Positions 34,721-43,999 of a stretch of 64,000 bases of DNA are shown here, one piece after another. How positions within the stretch are numbered: position 1 is the first letter of the stretch; every line of letters begins with the position of its first letter. The notes below the pieces were generated by a model. It ran no database searches and was not told the DNA's origin. It was given only the letters and a program-made list of their open reading frames with translations. Source of the DNA: Acidimicrobiales bacterium (GTDB lineage Bacteria; Actinomycetota; Acidimicrobiia; Acidimicrobiales; AC-9); the NCBI GenBank assembly GCA_051985455.1, contig JBPYEI010000048.1, forward strand, positions 19,340 through 83,339, in the 5' to 3' direction. Position numbers and translations under genes: made by a program.

Positions 34721-34870
34721 ATGATTCGCTACCTGTTCCGTCGGGTGAACACGGCCTTCCTCGGCAAGCCCACCTGCGACGTGGCGAAGTGCGGCCGTCA
34801 GACGATCGGGTTCTCCGAGCTCTGCCGCGAGCACACCCTGGCGGCCATGGCCGGTCGGCGCTTCGCCTGA
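34721..34870 (+). CDS. Small Cys-rich protein (49 aa), possible zinc-binding
   Basis: AAGGAG lies 9 nt before ATG 34721. Sequence MIRYLFRRVNTAFLGKPTCDVAKCGRQTIGFSELCREHTLAAMAGRRFA has a C-x4-C...C-x2-H pattern. Third-position GC is about 90% by my count. Confidence 0.5.
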   Translation: MIRYLFRRVNTAFLGKPTCDVAKCGRQTIGFSELCREHTLAAMAGRRFA

Positions 34871-34978
34871 GCGTGACCCCGGCGCCCGACGCCGCGGCCC
34901 GGGGAGGGCTGCGGCCTCGAGCCGGTCGGTAGCCTCGATCCCGGAGACCGCGCCCACCGGCGGCCCGGGCCGCACCTC

Positions 34979-35752
34979 ATGCCACTGCTGATCGGGACTT
35001 CGGGATGGCAGTACCGCTCGTGGCGGGAGACCTTCTATCCCTCGGGGGTGCCCCAGGCCCGCTGGCTCGAGCACTACGCGGCCCGGTTCCGGACCGTCGA
35101 GGTCAACAACGCCTTCTACCGTCTGCCCGAGGCGCGAACGTTTGCCGACTGGGCCAGGCGCACCCCTGACGACTTCCTGGTCGCGGTCAAGATGAGCCGC
35201 TACCTCACCCACGTCCGCCGGCTTCGTCAACCGGCCGAGCCGGTGCAGCTGTTCCTCTCCCGGGCCCGTCATCTGGGCGCCAAGCTCGCTCCCGTGCTGC
35301 TCCAGCTGCCACCGACGCTGCGGGCCGACACTCAGTCCCTCGACGCGACCCTCGGTTGCTTTCCGTCCGTAGTCAAAGTCGCGGTCGAGCTGCGGCACGA
35401 GTCGTGGTTCACGGACGAGACGGCCGGTCTGCTCGCCGGCCACGGCGCAGCCCTGTGCTTGGCCGACGGGCCGAAGCTGCGCACACCGTTGTGGCGAACC
35501 GCCGACTGGGGCTACGTCCGCTTCCACGAGGGGCGCGCCACGCCTCACCCTTGCTACGGCCGGGCCGCCCTCTCGACATGGGCGCGCCGGCTGGCCGACA
35601 CGTGGGGCGCGGACGCCGACATCTTCGCCTTCTTCAACAACGACGAACGGGCCTGTGCCGTGCGCGATGCCGCCGTCATGGCGGCAACGGCCCGGCCGAC
35701 CGGACTGCGCCCCACTCGCGTTCCAGAGACCGCCGAGGTCCGCGTCGGCTAA
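34979..35752 (+). CDS. DUF72 (UPF0759/YecE-like) protein
   Basis: Opens MPLLIGTSGWQYRSWRETFYP...VEVNNAFYRLP. Confidence 0.88.
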   Translation: MPLLIGTSGWQYRSWRETFYPSGVPQARWLEHYAARFRTVEVNNAFYRLPEARTFADWARRTPDDFLVAVKMSRYLTHVRRLRQPAEPVQLFLSRARHLGAKLAPVLLQLPPTLRADTQSLDATLGCFPSVVKVAVELRHESWFTDETAGLLAGHGAALCLADGPKLRTPLWRTADWGYVRFHEGRATPHPCYGRAALSTWARRLADTWGADADIFAFFNNDERACAVRDAAVMAATARPTGLRPTRVPETAEVRVG

Positions 35753-35761
35753 ACCTCGAGT

Positions 35762-38641
35762 GTGGACGCTGCCGCCGAGCTCGAAGCGACATTGCGGAAA
35801 GCAGTGAGCGGTGATGTCCGCTTCGACCGCGGCGCTCGGGCGGCGTGGTCGACCGACGCGTCGAACTTCCGCCAGGTCCCGCTCGGCGTCGTCCTCCCCC
35901 GGCATGTCGACGACGTCGTCGCTGCGGTCGCCGTCTGCCGCCAGCACGGTGCCGCCATCACCCTGCGCGGCGGCGGTACGAGCCTGGCCGGCCAGGCCAC
36001 GAACAGCGGGGTGATCATCGACACCTCGAAGTACCTCAACGAGGTCAGCGACCTCGACCCGGCCCAACTGACGGCCCGGGTGCAGCCTGGCGTCGTCCTC
36101 GACTCGCTGCAGCACCAGGCCGGCCCGCACGGCCTGACCTTCGGCCCCGACCCCGCCACCCACGACCGTTGCACGCTCGGCGGGATGATCGGCAACAACT
36201 CGTGCGGGATGCACTCGGTCATCGGCGGGCGGACCTCCGACAACGTCGAGAGCCTGGACGTGCTCCTGTACGACGGCACGCGCATGACCGTCGGGGCGAC
36301 CACGACGGGACAGCTCGACGCGATCATCGCCGCCGGCGGTCGCCAGGGCCAGATCTACCGCGCGCTCCGGGCGCTGCGCGACCGCCACGCCGCTCAGGTA
36401 CGTCAGCGTTTCCCGCCGATCCCCCGACGGGTCTCGGGCTACAACCTCGATGAGCTCCTACCGGAGAAGGACTTCCACGTCGGCCGGGCCCTGGTCGGCA
36501 CCGAGGGCACCTGCGTGACGATCCTCGGCGCCGTGGTGCAGCTGGTCGCCAGTCCTTCGCACCGCGCCGTGGTCGTCATCGGCTATCGGGACATCTGCGA
36601 CGCGGGCGATCACGTGGAAGACATCCTGGGTCACGGCCCGATCGCCCTCGAGGGCATGGACGCCGCCCTCTTTGGGTCCCTGGGCGGGTCCGGCGGTGAC
36701 GCCGAGGCGTCGTCTCTGCTACCCGAAGGCGGCGCCTTCCTCGTGGCGGAGGTGGGCGGGAGCACCGCTGCCGAGGCAGGCGACCGAGCGAGGTCCCTGG
36801 CGGGCTCGTTCGACGGGCCCAGTAGCGCGCGGGCCCGGGTGTTCGAGGACCAGCGGGCCCGGTCGCGAATCTGGGCCGTACGAGAAGCCGCCGTGGGCGC
36901 CATCGCCCGTCTCCCCGGCGGCGACTATTGGCCCGGGTGGGAGGACTCGGCGGTCGCCCCCGGTCGCATCGGGTCGTATCTCGCCGACCTCCGCCGGCTG
37001 TGCGACGACCACGGTTACGGCGTCGTCATCTACGGCCACTTCGGAGAGGGGTGCGTGCACACCCGGATCACCTTCGACCTGGCGTCCTCGGCCGGCGTCG
37101 AGCATTACCGCGACTTCCTCGCCGAGGCGGCCGACCTCGTGGTGAGCCATGGCGGGTCGCTGTCGGGCGAGCACGGAGACGGCCAGCAGCGTGGTGCCCT
37201 GCTCGAGAAGATGTTCGGTCCCGAGCTGGTCGAAGCGTTCCGTGCGTTCAAGGCCATCTGGGACCCCGACGGTCGCATGAACCCTGGGAAGGTCGTGGAC
37301 TCGGGCTCCTACACCGGGCGGCTGCTCGGTCCGACCGACGACCTTCGGCTCGGTCCGGCCTGGAGACCCTGGTCTCCCGCGACCAGGTTCCGTCTCGCCG
37401 CCGACGGCGGCCGCTTCGACCGGGCCCTGCTGCGCTGCGAGGGCATCGGCAAATGCCGGCGCGACGAGGGCGGGGTCATGTGCCCCAGCTACCGGGTGAC
37501 CCGGGAGGAGGAGCACTCCACCCGCGGCCGCGCCCGTCTGCTGTTCGAGATGCTCCGAGGCGACGTGGTGACCGGCGGCTGGCGCTCGCCGGAGGTCTTC
37601 GAGGCCCTGGACCTGTGCCTCTCCTGCAAGGGGTGCAAGAGCGAGTGCCCCGTGGGCGTGGACATGGCCGCGTACAAGTCGGAGTTCCTGTCCCACTACT
37701 ACGAACGACGGCTGCGGCCCCGATCCGCCTACGCCATGGGGCTCATCATGTACGGGGCCCGGGTGGCCGCCTGTGCACCGCGGCTCGCCAACGCGGCGGC
37801 GCGCTCCGGCGGTCTGGCGGCCGCCGTGAAGCGGATGGCAGGGGTCGCTCCCCAACGAACCGTTCCCGGCCTCGCCGCCGAAAGCTTCCGCCGTTGGTTC
37901 GCGCGCCGCCCGAGGCCGGACTGGCAGCCCGGGCGCCGCCCCGTCGTGCTCCTCCCCGACACGTTCAGCAACTACTTCCAGCCCGAGGTCGACCGGGCGA
38001 TGGTCGCCGTACTCGAGGCGGCCGGCTTCGAGGTCCTCGTCCCGCCGGCGATCGTGTGCTGCGGGCGACCGCTGTTCGACTACGGGATGCTGTCCACTGC
38101 CCGGCGCCTCCACGCCCACCTGCTCGACGCCCTCCGACCCATGATCCGGGCGGGCGTGCCGGTCGTGGTCGCCGAGCCCAGCTGCTGCGCCTCGCTCCGG
38201 GACGAGCTGGGCGAGCTGGCGGCTGACGACCCCGACTCCTCCCGCCTCGCCGCACAGACGTACACGCTGGCCGAGCTCCTCCGGAGCCGCGCTCCCGGAT
38301 GGGAGCCTCCCGCTGGTGCCGGACCGGTCCTGATGCACGGGCACTGCCATCAGCGTGCGGTGATGGCCACGGACAGCGAAGCCGCGGTCCTCGATCAGAT
38401 GCATGTGGACTGGCACGCTCCCGACAGCGGGTGCTGCGGGTTGGCGGGGTCCTGGGGCTACGAGACGGACAAGTACGAGCTCTCGATGGCCATCGGCGAG
38501 CGGGTTCTCTTCCCGGCGGTGCGAGGCGCAGACCCCGCCACTGTCGTCCTGGCGGACGGTTTCAGCTGCCGCACGCAGATCGAGCACGGCACGGGCCGGC
38601 GCGCTTTCCACCTCGCCCAGCTGATCGAGCGCTACCTGTGA
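35762..38641 (+). CDS. FAD-binding and Fe-S-binding oxidoreductase (YdiJ-like fusion of an FAD-linked oxidase with a GlcF-like module)
   Basis: 959 aa. PCMH FAD domain (LRGGGTSLAGQA), SGEHGDG, 4Fe-4S motifs (CLSCKGCKSECP) and C-terminal CCG Cys-rich repeats. Confidence 0.88.
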   Translation: MDAAAELEATLRKAVSGDVRFDRGARAAWSTDASNFRQVPLGVVLPRHVDDVVAAVAVCRQHGAAITLRGGGTSLAGQATNSGVIIDTSKYLNEVSDLDPAQLTARVQPGVVLDSLQHQAGPHGLTFGPDPATHDRCTLGGMIGNNSCGMHSVIGGRTSDNVESLDVLLYDGTRMTVGATTTGQLDAIIAAGGRQGQIYRALRALRDRHAAQVRQRFPPIPRRVSGYNLDELLPEKDFHVGRALVGTEGTCVTILGAVVQLVASPSHRAVVVIGYRDICDAGDHVEDILGHGPIALEGMDAALFGSLGGSGGDAEASSLLPEGGAFLVAEVGGSTAAEAGDRARSLAGSFDGPSSARARVFEDQRARSRIWAVREAAVGAIARLPGGDYWPGWEDSAVAPGRIGSYLADLRRLCDDHGYGVVIYGHFGEGCVHTRITFDLASSAGVEHYRDFLAEAADLVVSHGGSLSGEHGDGQQRGALLEKMFGPELVEAFRAFKAIWDPDGRMNPGKVVDSGSYTGRLLGPTDDLRLGPAWRPWSPATRFRLAADGGRFDRALLRCEGIGKCRRDEGGVMCPSYRVTREEEHSTRGRARLLFEMLRGDVVTGGWRSPEVFEALDLCLSCKGCKSECPVGVDMAAYKSEFLSHYYERRLRPRSAYAMGLIMYGARVAACAPRLANAAARSGGLAAAVKRMAGVAPQRTVPGLAAESFRRWFARRPRPDWQPGRRPVVLLPDTFSNYFQPEVDRAMVAVLEAAGFEVLVPPAIVCCGRPLFDYGMLSTARRLHAHLLDALRPMIRAGVPVVVAEPSCCASLRDELGELAADDPDSSRLAAQTYTLAELLRSRAPGWEPPAGAGPVLMHGHCHQRAVMATDSEAAVLDQMHVDWHAPDSGCCGLAGSWGYETDKYELSMAIGERVLFPAVRGADPATVVLADGFSCRTQIEHGTGRRAFHLAQLIERYL

Positions 38642-38660
38642 ACCAGGAGGGGGTAGTCGG

Positions 38661-39491
38661 ATGAGCCGACTGGTGACACCGACCAACGTGGTCGCCGTGC
38701 GGGGCGATCGCCGTCTCGAGCTCCCCGACCGGCTGGCTGCCGAGGAGCCCATGGAGATACGCGTCGGCGGGCCCGGCGACGAGCCCACCGCCCTGAGCGT
38801 CACCATGCGCACGCCCGGTCATGACTTCGAGCTGGCTGTGGGGTTCCTGCACTCGGAGGGCGTTGTCACCTGCGGCGGCGACATCTCATCGGTGCGGTAC
38901 TGCGACGCGGCTATCGGAGAGGAACAGCGCTTCAACGTCGTCAGCGTCCGCCTCGCTCGACCAGCGGCGCTGGAGAGCGTCCAGCGGGCGTTCTCGATCA
39001 CCGCCAGCTGCGGCGTCTGCGGTACGGCGAGCCTCGACCAGCTCCGCCGCCGGTGCGACCAGCTGCCGCCGGGACCCCAAGTGGCCATCTCGACGATCCT
39101 CGAACTGCCCGACGCCTTGCGCAGCGCCCAACGGCTGTTCGACCAGACCGGTGGTCTCCACGCCGCCGGGTTGGCCGACACCGGGGGAACCAACGTGATG
39201 GTGCGCGAGGACGTGGGTCGGCACAACGCCGTGGACAAGCTCGTGGGTCGGAGCCTGCTCGACGGCGCCCTGCCCCTAGGGGACCAGGTTCTCGTGGTCT
39301 CGGGCCGGGTGAGCTTCGAGATCGTGCAGAAGGCCGCCCTTGCCGGGATCCCGGTCGTCGCCGCCGTCTCGGCTCCCTCGAGCCTGGCCGTGACGACCGC
39401 CCGCGACCTCGGCATGACCGTCGTCGGCTTCATCCGCAGACCGTGGGCCAACGTGTACAGCCACCCGGAGCGCCTGGACTTCTGCGGCTGA
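38661..39491 (+). CDS. fdhD: Formate dehydrogenase accessory sulfurtransferase FdhD
   Basis: Motifs RTPGHDFELAVGFLHSEG, SCGVCG and GRHNAVDKLVG. AGGAGG lies upstream of ATG 38661. Confidence 0.9.
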   Translation: MSRLVTPTNVVAVRGDRRLELPDRLAAEEPMEIRVGGPGDEPTALSVTMRTPGHDFELAVGFLHSEGVVTCGGDISSVRYCDAAIGEEQRFNVVSVRLARPAALESVQRAFSITASCGVCGTASLDQLRRRCDQLPPGPQVAISTILELPDALRSAQRLFDQTGGLHAAGLADTGGTNVMVREDVGRHNAVDKLVGRSLLDGALPLGDQVLVVSGRVSFEIVQKAALAGIPVVAAVSAPSSLAVTTARDLGMTVVGFIRRPWANVYSHPERLDFCG

Positions 39492-39581
39492 CGCCACGGC
39501 CGGCGGCGGGGCGGGGGCCCGGGGCAGGGGCCCTGGGATTCCCGTCGTCCCAGGTCGCGGGGATACGATCGCATTCCGGCC

Positions 39582-40343
39582 ATGATCCAGAGCGTCGAAG
39601 GTGTGAGCTACCTGGCTGCGTTCGGCGGGGGCGTCGTCTCGTTCGCGTCCCCGTGCGTGCTGCCCATCGTTCCCGCCTACCTCTCGGTCATCACCGGCCT
39701 CGACGTGGCCGAGGTGCGATCGGGTCCCCGACACCATCTCGGGCGGATCACCCGCGACACGTCGCTGTTCGTGGGCGGCTTCTCGGCCGTCTTCATCCTC
39801 CTCGGCCTGTCGGCGACGGCGGTCGGCCAGGCGCTGTTCCGCAACCATCTCCTGCTCACCCGTCTCTCCGGCATCGCCGTGCTGGCCATGGCCCTCTTCC
39901 TCGTGGGCTCCGTGCTGTTGCGCGCCCCCTGGATGTACGGCGAGGCCCGGTTTCATCCCAGCCCCTCCCGGTTCGGGCCGCTCGCCGCGCCGGTGGCGGG
40001 CGCCGCCTTCGGCTTCGGGTGGACACCGTGCATCGGCCCTATCCTGGCCTCGGTGCTCGCCATCGCCGCCACGCAGGGGCGAGCACTGGAAGGTGCGACC
40101 CTGCTGGCGTGCTACTCGCTCGGCCTCGGCGTGCCGTTCCTCGTCACGGGGCTGGCCTTCGGTCGGCTGGCCGGCGCCTTCGACTGGGTGAGGCGGCACT
40201 TCACCGTGCTCACGTTCTCGTCGGCCGTCGTCCTGGCCGGCTTCGGCGTCCTCCTCGCCCTCGACCGCCTTACCTGGGTGACCACCCAGTTGCAGACGGC
40301 GCTCCAGGCGGTCGGGCTGGGTCGGCTCGTGTCCCTGGGGTGA
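39582..40343 (+). CDS. ccdA: Cytochrome c biogenesis/thiol-disulfide transporter CcdA (DsbD family)
   Basis: VSFASPCVLPIVPAYL and a second Cys in GWTPCIGPIL; six TM helices. Confidence 0.88.
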   Translation: MIQSVEGVSYLAAFGGGVVSFASPCVLPIVPAYLSVITGLDVAEVRSGPRHHLGRITRDTSLFVGGFSAVFILLGLSATAVGQALFRNHLLLTRLSGIAVLAMALFLVGSVLLRAPWMYGEARFHPSPSRFGPLAAPVAGAAFGFGWTPCIGPILASVLAIAATQGRALEGATLLACYSLGLGVPFLVTGLAFGRLAGAFDWVRRHFTVLTFSSAVVLAGFGVLLALDRLTWVTTQLQTALQAVGLGRLVSLG

Positions 40344-40388
40344 GTGCAGCACGGTGCCCACCCGACGCGAGCGCCGTAGTGTGACGGC

Positions 40389-41552
40389 ATGACCGCGCTG
40401 CCCTTCAAGGTGGTCCACGACGCTGACTCCCACGTCATGGAGCCGCCCGACTGGTACGTGCCGTACGCCGACCCGGGTGTGAGGGGACGTCTACGGCCCG
40501 CGTACAACCTGGACGGGGCCGAACGGGAGGAGCTGAACCGGCACCGTGAGCTGCACGCCGATCCCGCCTACCGGGCCCAGGAAGACGAGCAGGTCTGGCT
40601 GCGAAAGAACTGGCGCGCCACCGGATCACTCATCGCCGAGGACCGAACCAGGGCCCTGGATCTGCTCGGCTTCGCCAGCCAGCTCGTCTTCAACACGTTC
40701 GCCAACAAGGAGCTGGTGCGCGTGGAGCACGGCGGCGACGTCGAGTACGCCTACGGTTTGGCCCGCGCCCACAACCGCGCCATGGTCGACTTCTGCTCGG
40801 TCGACCCCCGGCTGCTGCCCGTGGGTTACGTGCCCCTGGTCGACTTCGAGCGGGCGGGCTCGACCGCGGCCGAGGCCATCGATCTCGGCTGCAAGGCGCT
40901 CATGATCCCCTCCGCCTGCCCACCTGGCCACAGCCCGAGCCACGTCTCGCTCGACCCGATCTGGGCCCAGGCCCAGGACGCCCGGCTACCGGTCGTGTTC
41001 CACGTCGGCGGCGGTGGGCGGCTGCTCGACGCCAACTACTTCGAGAACGGGCTGCCACCGGTGCCGGACTTTCACGGCGGTGACGGCAATTTCCGCTCCG
41101 TCGACTACATGGCCATCCCGTACCCGCCGATGCAGACCCTGGCCACCATGATCATCGACGGCGTGCTCGATCGTTTTGCGGAGCTGAAGGTCGGCGTGAT
41201 CGAGCAGGGTGCGTCGTGGGTGCCGGGCTGGATGCGGTCGATGGACTCCGCTGCCACCGCCTTCGTGCGCAACGAAGAGCGGCTCCAGCACCTCACCCTC
41301 AAGCCCAGCGAGTTCGTCCGCAGGCAGGTCAGGGTGACGCCCTACCCGCACGAGGACGCGGGATGGATCATCGAGAACGCCGGCGACGAGGTCTGCCTGT
41401 TCTCGTCCGACTACCCGCACGTCGAGGGCGGGCGCAATCCCTTGGGGCGCTTCGAGGCGTCGCTCGCCGACACTTCGCACGAGGCGAAGGAGCGCTTCTA
41501 CCGCGACAACTTCGCCGACCTGATGGGCCCCCACCTGCCGGCGTCAGGCTGA
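40389..41552 (+). CDS. Amidohydrolase-2 family metal-dependent hydrolase
   Basis: 387 aa: VVHDADSHVME...VVFHVGGG...FSSDYPHVEG, an amidohydrolase_2 pattern. Confidence 0.8.
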   Translation: MTALPFKVVHDADSHVMEPPDWYVPYADPGVRGRLRPAYNLDGAEREELNRHRELHADPAYRAQEDEQVWLRKNWRATGSLIAEDRTRALDLLGFASQLVFNTFANKELVRVEHGGDVEYAYGLARAHNRAMVDFCSVDPRLLPVGYVPLVDFERAGSTAAEAIDLGCKALMIPSACPPGHSPSHVSLDPIWAQAQDARLPVVFHVGGGGRLLDANYFENGLPPVPDFHGGDGNFRSVDYMAIPYPPMQTLATMIIDGVLDRFAELKVGVIEQGASWVPGWMRSMDSAATAFVRNEERLQHLTLKPSEFVRRQVRVTPYPHEDAGWIIENAGDEVCLFSSDYPHVEGGRNPLGRFEASLADTSHEAKERFYRDNFADLMGPHLPASG

Positions 41553-43061
41553 GTCGGGCTCGGGCCGGAGCTGGCGAGCCTCGACCCACCCCGACCATCC
41601 GTCGGCCGAGAGCACGTTGGCCCACTCGCCGCGGTGCTCGACCAGGCGCACGGCAAGGTTGGGGTCGAGGTCGGCCACGTCTCCTGCGTCGGCAACCGGG
41701 ATGGCCCTGGCCTTCATGCCCTCCGGGGGCACCCGATGCGTCGGCTGCCACCCCGCCGGCTTGCTTCGGTCGGGCTCGCTCTCTGAGTCCGTCTCAGCCT
41801 GCGCTTCGTGCCGCGTCGCCGCCACCGGCTCGGTGTCGTCACCAGAGGGTCCCGCTGGAAGGGTCACCCACTGGGTGTGCCCCGGAGGTCCGGCGTGCGC
41901 GAACGACAGGTCCGGCGTCGGTACCGGGCGGGGCGGAAGGGTCGGCCGGGGCGGCGCGTGACGCCGGGCCCGCTTGCCGGGCTCCCGGTGCTGGCGCTCT
42001 CGCCACAGACTGGCCAGGCCGACGGCGCTCGAGACCACGGCGACGGTCAGGAGCAGCCCGACCAGCCACAGGGCCAGGTTCGTCGTCGTCGACGACCGGG
42101 ACGACGGGCGGGCACCGGTGGCCGACTGGTCGGCCAGGGGGGTGATGGGACCCACCTGATCCGTGGTGACCTGGACCTGGCTGCCCGCGGACAGCTGGAA
42201 CGCCTGCAGCGAGGGATTGACCGGCGCCACCTCCACGGAGTCCTGGGTCACCCCGACGGTGCTCGTCTTGCTGGCCGGGTCGTCACCGATGGTGAAGTCG
42301 GTCCCCTTGACCGTGGCGACGACAGACTCGGTCGACGCCACGAAGCTGTACCAACCCTTTTCGGCGGGTGGGAACCAGAAGCGCACGAAGCCCTGGCTGA
42401 CCCGGAGCTGCGGCGTCGGATTGGCGTCGATGGTGATCGTGGTGGCGACGGGAGGAACGGACTTGTGGCCGTGGACGAAGATGCGGGGTGTGGCGCCATA
42501 GATGTCCGTCATCCCACCTTGCAACCACCGGATCGTGACCGGGTTGGGGGTGGACGAACTGTTCGTCGAGCCCGTCGTGCTCAGCTGGTCGCCCTGTTGC
42601 AGGCTCTCCCCCACCTGGGGCTGGCGCTCGCTGCCGTCGGTGCTCCGCACCTTGAGCCCGTCGCCCGTGCTCACGACCACGGCCAGGGCGACGGGACCGC
42701 TCGCCCCCGCCTGGCTCTGCGGCGCCGTCGCGTTGGTCGTGGGCGCCACGGCCTGGGGAACGGAGGTGCTCGTTCCCGGCACGGTCGTCGTGCGCGGCAC
42801 GTTCACGGTGGTGCTCGTCGGCGGTACGCCGGTGGTGGTCGTCGTCGGTGACGGCGTCGTGGTGGGTGGCGGCGTCGTGGTCGTCGTCGGGGCGACCGTG
42901 GTCGAGGTCGTCGACGCCGGCGAAGACGATGGGTCCGCCGCGGCCTCGCTGCTGAGGCCACCCACCATCGCCGACGAGCTGAGCCAACCGCCGAGAACCA
43001 GCGCCATGGTGAGCGCGAGGACGGCAGGTCGCCGTCTCGGGCTGACCCGGCGCACCGACAT
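41544..43061 (-). CDS. Bitopic membrane protein: signal/TM, Thr/Pro-rich region, FecR-like domain, TM, Pro-rich linker, SH3b-like domain
   Basis: N-terminal AVLALTMALVLGGWL and a TTTTPPPTTTPSPTTTTT tract. FecR-like motifs LQQGDQLSTTG and VATVKGTDFTI. Second TM LALWLVGLLLTVAVVSSAVGL. C-terminal EWANVLSADGWSGWVEARQL is SH3_3-like. Confidence 0.75.
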   Translation of the reverse strand: MSVRRVSPRRRPAVLALTMALVLGGWLSSSAMVGGLSSEAAADPSSSPASTTSTTVAPTTTTTPPPTTTPSPTTTTTGVPPTSTTVNVPRTTTVPGTSTSVPQAVAPTTNATAPQSQAGASGPVALAVVVSTGDGLKVRSTDGSERQPQVGESLQQGDQLSTTGSTNSSSTPNPVTIRWLQGGMTDIYGATPRIFVHGHKSVPPVATTITIDANPTPQLRVSQGFVRFWFPPAEKGWYSFVASTESVVATVKGTDFTIGDDPASKTSTVGVTQDSVEVAPVNPSLQAFQLSAGSQVQVTTDQVGPITPLADQSATGARPSSRSSTTTNLALWLVGLLLTVAVVSSAVGLASLWRERQHREPGKRARRHAPPRPTLPPRPVPTPDLSFAHAGPPGHTQWVTLPAGPSGDDTEPVAATRHEAQAETDSESEPDRSKPAGWQPTHRVPPEGMKARAIPVADAGDVADLDPNLAVRLVEHRGEWANVLSADGWSGWVEARQLRPEPDSA

Positions 43062-43237
43062 GGGCTACCCCCTCGTGCGCTCGACGAAGTCTGGACCAGG
43101 CGCGGCCGAGCCGCAACCTGTCGCTTCCTGCGATCGAGCGAGACCGTCGACGGTTTCCACCCGCGCCCGGGAGGTGCGCCTGTCTGGCGTCATGTCGATC
43201 ATTGTGGCGGCTGCGGCAGCGGCGTCGCGAGCAGCTA

Positions 43238-43531
43238 CTACAGCGGACCGGCGAGCAGGTCGAAGGCTTCGGCCAGGTGCTCCGCGTCGTGGGGCTCGGA
43301 CGTCGCCTTCCCGATGGCTTCGAGGACGAGCTCCATGACCGCATCGGGCGCCCGACCTTCCCCTGAGCCGGCGAGGTGCCGGTAGGCCCGCGCCAGCAGC
43401 AGCACGCGCTCGGCCGGGGCGGGGCCGCCCCCGGCGCCGGACAGACCGAGGGCCTCTCGCTCGCCGTTCAGCCCCGTCAGCTGCTGCTGCAACTCGGCCA
43501 GTAGCTGGGCCTGGACCTCACGCGCCGTCAT
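43238..43531 (-). CDS. Hypothetical protein (97 aa)
   Basis: High third-position GC and helical sequence MTAREVQAQLLAELQQQLTGLNGE.... It lies upstream of, and co-oriented with, the FecR-like gene. No family recognised. Confidence 0.55.
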   Translation of the reverse strand: MTAREVQAQLLAELQQQLTGLNGEREALGLSGAGGGPAPAERVLLLARAYRHLAGSGEGRAPDAVMELVLEAIGKATSEPHDAEHLAEAFDLLAGPL

Positions 43532-43680
43532 CTGCCCAGGGTACCGACGCCGTCTCCCCCGTCTTGGGCCGAATTCCCCGTTTCACCTCCCCCATACGGG
43601 GTATCACCATAATCCTCGGCCGATTTGGCGGTCGGGGAGGTGGTGGTTCGACGCCACCGAGGCCAGCTAGGACGGTGACG

Positions 43681-43917
43681 ATGGATGTCCGAACGGTCTC
43701 CGAGCTTTCTGAGCGCATCACACGGCTCGAGGCGCGAGTCGCCGAGGACCGGCGGGTGATCGAGTCACAGCAAGAGGCGATCGGGTTCCAGCAGGCGATG
43801 CTGCGCGAGCTCTCCGACGCCTACGACCTGTTCGAGAGCGCCATGATCGAGATGGCGAACCACACTCCGGAGGTGGGACCCACACCAGGTCGGCCCAACT
43901 TGCGCGTGTTGCGCTAG
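43681..43917 (+). CDS. Hypothetical coiled-coil protein (78 aa)
   Basis: From ATG 43681: MDVRTVSELSERITRLEARVAEDRRVIESQQEAIGFQQAML.... GTG 43675 and TTG 43564 are alternative starts. Confidence 0.5.
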   Translation: MDVRTVSELSERITRLEARVAEDRRVIESQQEAIGFQQAMLRELSDAYDLFESAMIEMANHTPEVGPTPGRPNLRVLR

Positions 43918-43999
43918 GGCGCCACGCGCCACCCGTCTCGGTCTCCTCCCTGCCGCGCGCGAGACTGAGCGCGACAACGCCAGTTCCCCCGGGGGTGGC

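Noticed and set aside
34508-38812. Two long minus-strand ORFs (626 aa and 697 aa)
   Set aside because: They are antisense to the DUF72 and YdiJ-like oxidoreductase genes, Arg/Pro/Gly-rich, and have no motifs.
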